Origin: Hydrolagus colliei
Lineage: Eukaryota
NCBI GenBank assembly: GCA_035084275.1
Contig: CM068749.1
Location: 18,290,001-18,354,000 of the forward strand
Length of the DNA: 64,000 nucleotides
Direction: 5' to 3'
Positions within the stretch are counted from its first letter, which is position 1; every line of letters starts with the position of its first letter. Of the stretch, positions 62,132 to 64,000 are shown piece by piece. The position numbers and the translations under genes were made by a program. The notes beneath the pieces were generated by a model. That model did not search any database, was not told the DNA's origin, and worked only from the letters and a program-made list of their open reading frames with translations.

Positions 62132-64000
62132 AAGATCTCTGCTCAGCAACAATTTGTTTGCAAGTTATAACATGTATTTTAACTGTTTTACTTTCGCAAA
62201 ATCAACACATGGGAAAACAGCAAATCTGGATTCAGGTGCAACTTGCAAGAGCTTATGAGCAATTGTTTTGGCAAGCAAGCAAGTGCATGCGGTTGACAAT
62301 ATTTCAAAAATAGTCCTCTTTGTAATAGAATATTGCCCCCAGCTCTTGCTTAATGAAAAACTGTAAGGATTTTTTCATACAACAGGCCTATTGTGAACAA
62401 ACTAGGAATGAACATTTTCAGTATCTTTTCTTCTAGATAATTAGTTTTGTTCTTATTTTTATATTATTTTTCTATCAGTGTAGCAAAGTCAAGAGAATGG
62501 GTATTCAATCTGTTTCAAGATATGTGCCAATGTCACTCTGTAAGTGTGTGGTGGGTGTGTATGTGTAGCTCAGGTTGACTTGCCCTTTCATCCCTTTCTG
62601 TGCCTAGTGAAATACTTCATATCTTCTCTCTGCTTCCACTGATTTTGGTAGCTGAAAATATGTGAGAAATTTATGCATGCAAACCCTATGGAAGGAAAAC
62701 ACTACAGAAGCAGTCATTTCGAATACAATATAGATAGACATTCTTATTTGGTTTCTAGTATACCATTACTCTGGTTCATTGTACAGAAAAGATCAAGCAA
62801 AGGCTTTGTGAAATGAATTAGCACCTAGTGAACCACAACCATCTTGCATGAATAGCTTTCACAGCAGGTATTGAATACAGAATTGGCATGCTTTCAACTT
62901 GCAACTGAGATTAGCTACATTGAACAGTAAGCACAGATTCTTTTGTGGCAGTTCAAGCAAACATTATTAATGGAAAATAAATCCAGTTTTCATGGATCTT
63001 TTTAACTAACTGCAGCTTCTCAACTTACTAAGATTTTTCATATGATAGCTTCTGTAATTAAGTCAATTATTGAATATCTTTAGGAAGGAAAACAAAACTG
63101 ACACACAATGAAAATTGAGAATTCCCTTAAGATGATAATTGTGGGTGCACACAAGCTAGCAGAGCACACCTGATGACAATTTCCTAGTTAATTTCATAAA
63201 GGAAGTTCCTTTTGCACATCATAAAAGAAGCATAAGAAGTTGTAATATATTTCCTCTTTTAAGACAGACATGAAAAGTGCTATAACAAATGCAAGGATTA
63301 TTATTAAAAGATACTCAACTCTCACTATTTCAAATTCAAGGACTGACAAATATGTCCCTATTATGAGTTAAGGAGCTCCTCTAAAGATTTTTTGATAAAG
63401 TGCAGGATTGTAACAACAGATTCTATTGTAATCAGATCTGGCAGCATTTTTATTTTTTAAAAATCATTACCCACACAACGTTGTTTTGTTTAAATGTAAA
63501 TTGCTTAATCTTTTGTTTTTCTCAAGGAAGAAATTGGAACCTAAATGATTAAAAAGATTGCAGTATAGACACTGACGTCATTCCAGTGGAAAAGTTATTA
63601 AAGTGTTTTTGATGGGAAGGTTCTGTAGGACCTCATCAACAGTGTAATGATTGCAGCAGTCACAAATCTATTTTACTTATAACAGATGTTGTGAGTTAAA
63701 TATTTTCTAACAATCACCAGCTTGTATCAATGTCTCAAACTCTGTGGGAGCAATTCCATAGCCAGATGTTAAATTTGAATAAGATACACCAAAGCCAAGA
63801 CAGCATTTATTTTCCTCCTCATATCATATCCACATTTATTACCATGTACAGAGTGTACCTGACTGGCAGAGGGTAATATAATTTTGGTTGTGAACCATCT
63901 GGAAGCAAAAATAACTTTACTTGATTATCATAGAAGCAAAGTGCACTAGATGGTATGCAAATCCCCATTACTCAAATGTTCAAGTATTGAAGAGAGGTTT

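Noticed and set aside
63859-63898. 40-nt minus-strand pseudo-exon (MVHNQNYITLCQS, phase 1) as TGFBR3 exon 2
   Set aside because: It is not a signal peptide and the donor is weak (gtacac). The true exon 2 is probably outside the window.
1-64000. Novel prokaryote-style system (operon, CRISPR, defence island)
   Set aside because: The window is eukaryotic intron-exon DNA. There are no long ORFs and no regularly spaced repeat-spacer array; the recurring sequence is a dispersed SINE.

Overview
This is AT-rich vertebrate genomic DNA, not prokaryotic. The repeat content (Deu-type tRNA-SINEs, L2 and CR1 LINE tails) suggests a cartilaginous fish, possibly a chimaera; that is an inference. The main feature is TGFBR3 (betaglycan, TGF-beta type III receptor) on the minus strand. 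I traced 15 coding exons (equivalent to human exons 3-17) from 55061 down to the TAA stop at 19693. All have GT-AG boundaries and compatible phases, totalling 2486 nt (about 828 aa). I did not find the signal-peptide exon; it probably lies beyond 64000. A 3'UTR of about 2.5 kb runs to AATAAA signals near 17.0-17.2 kb. Bases 1-17 kb appear intergenic, apart from a possible 3' end of a + strand gene at the left edge. The rest is introns holding about 15 copies of one SINE family, L2/CR1 fragments, a CpG-rich young hAT MITE and an older full-length Deu-SINE. Nearly all short ORFs in the track are spurious. I found no evidence for a new multi-gene system. The best oddities are a CR1-tailed exact 82-bp duplication, an intact hAT MITE, a Tc1-type excision footprint inside a SINE, inverted SINE pairs around in-frame juxtamembrane/TM exons, and tandem splice sites at exon 7.
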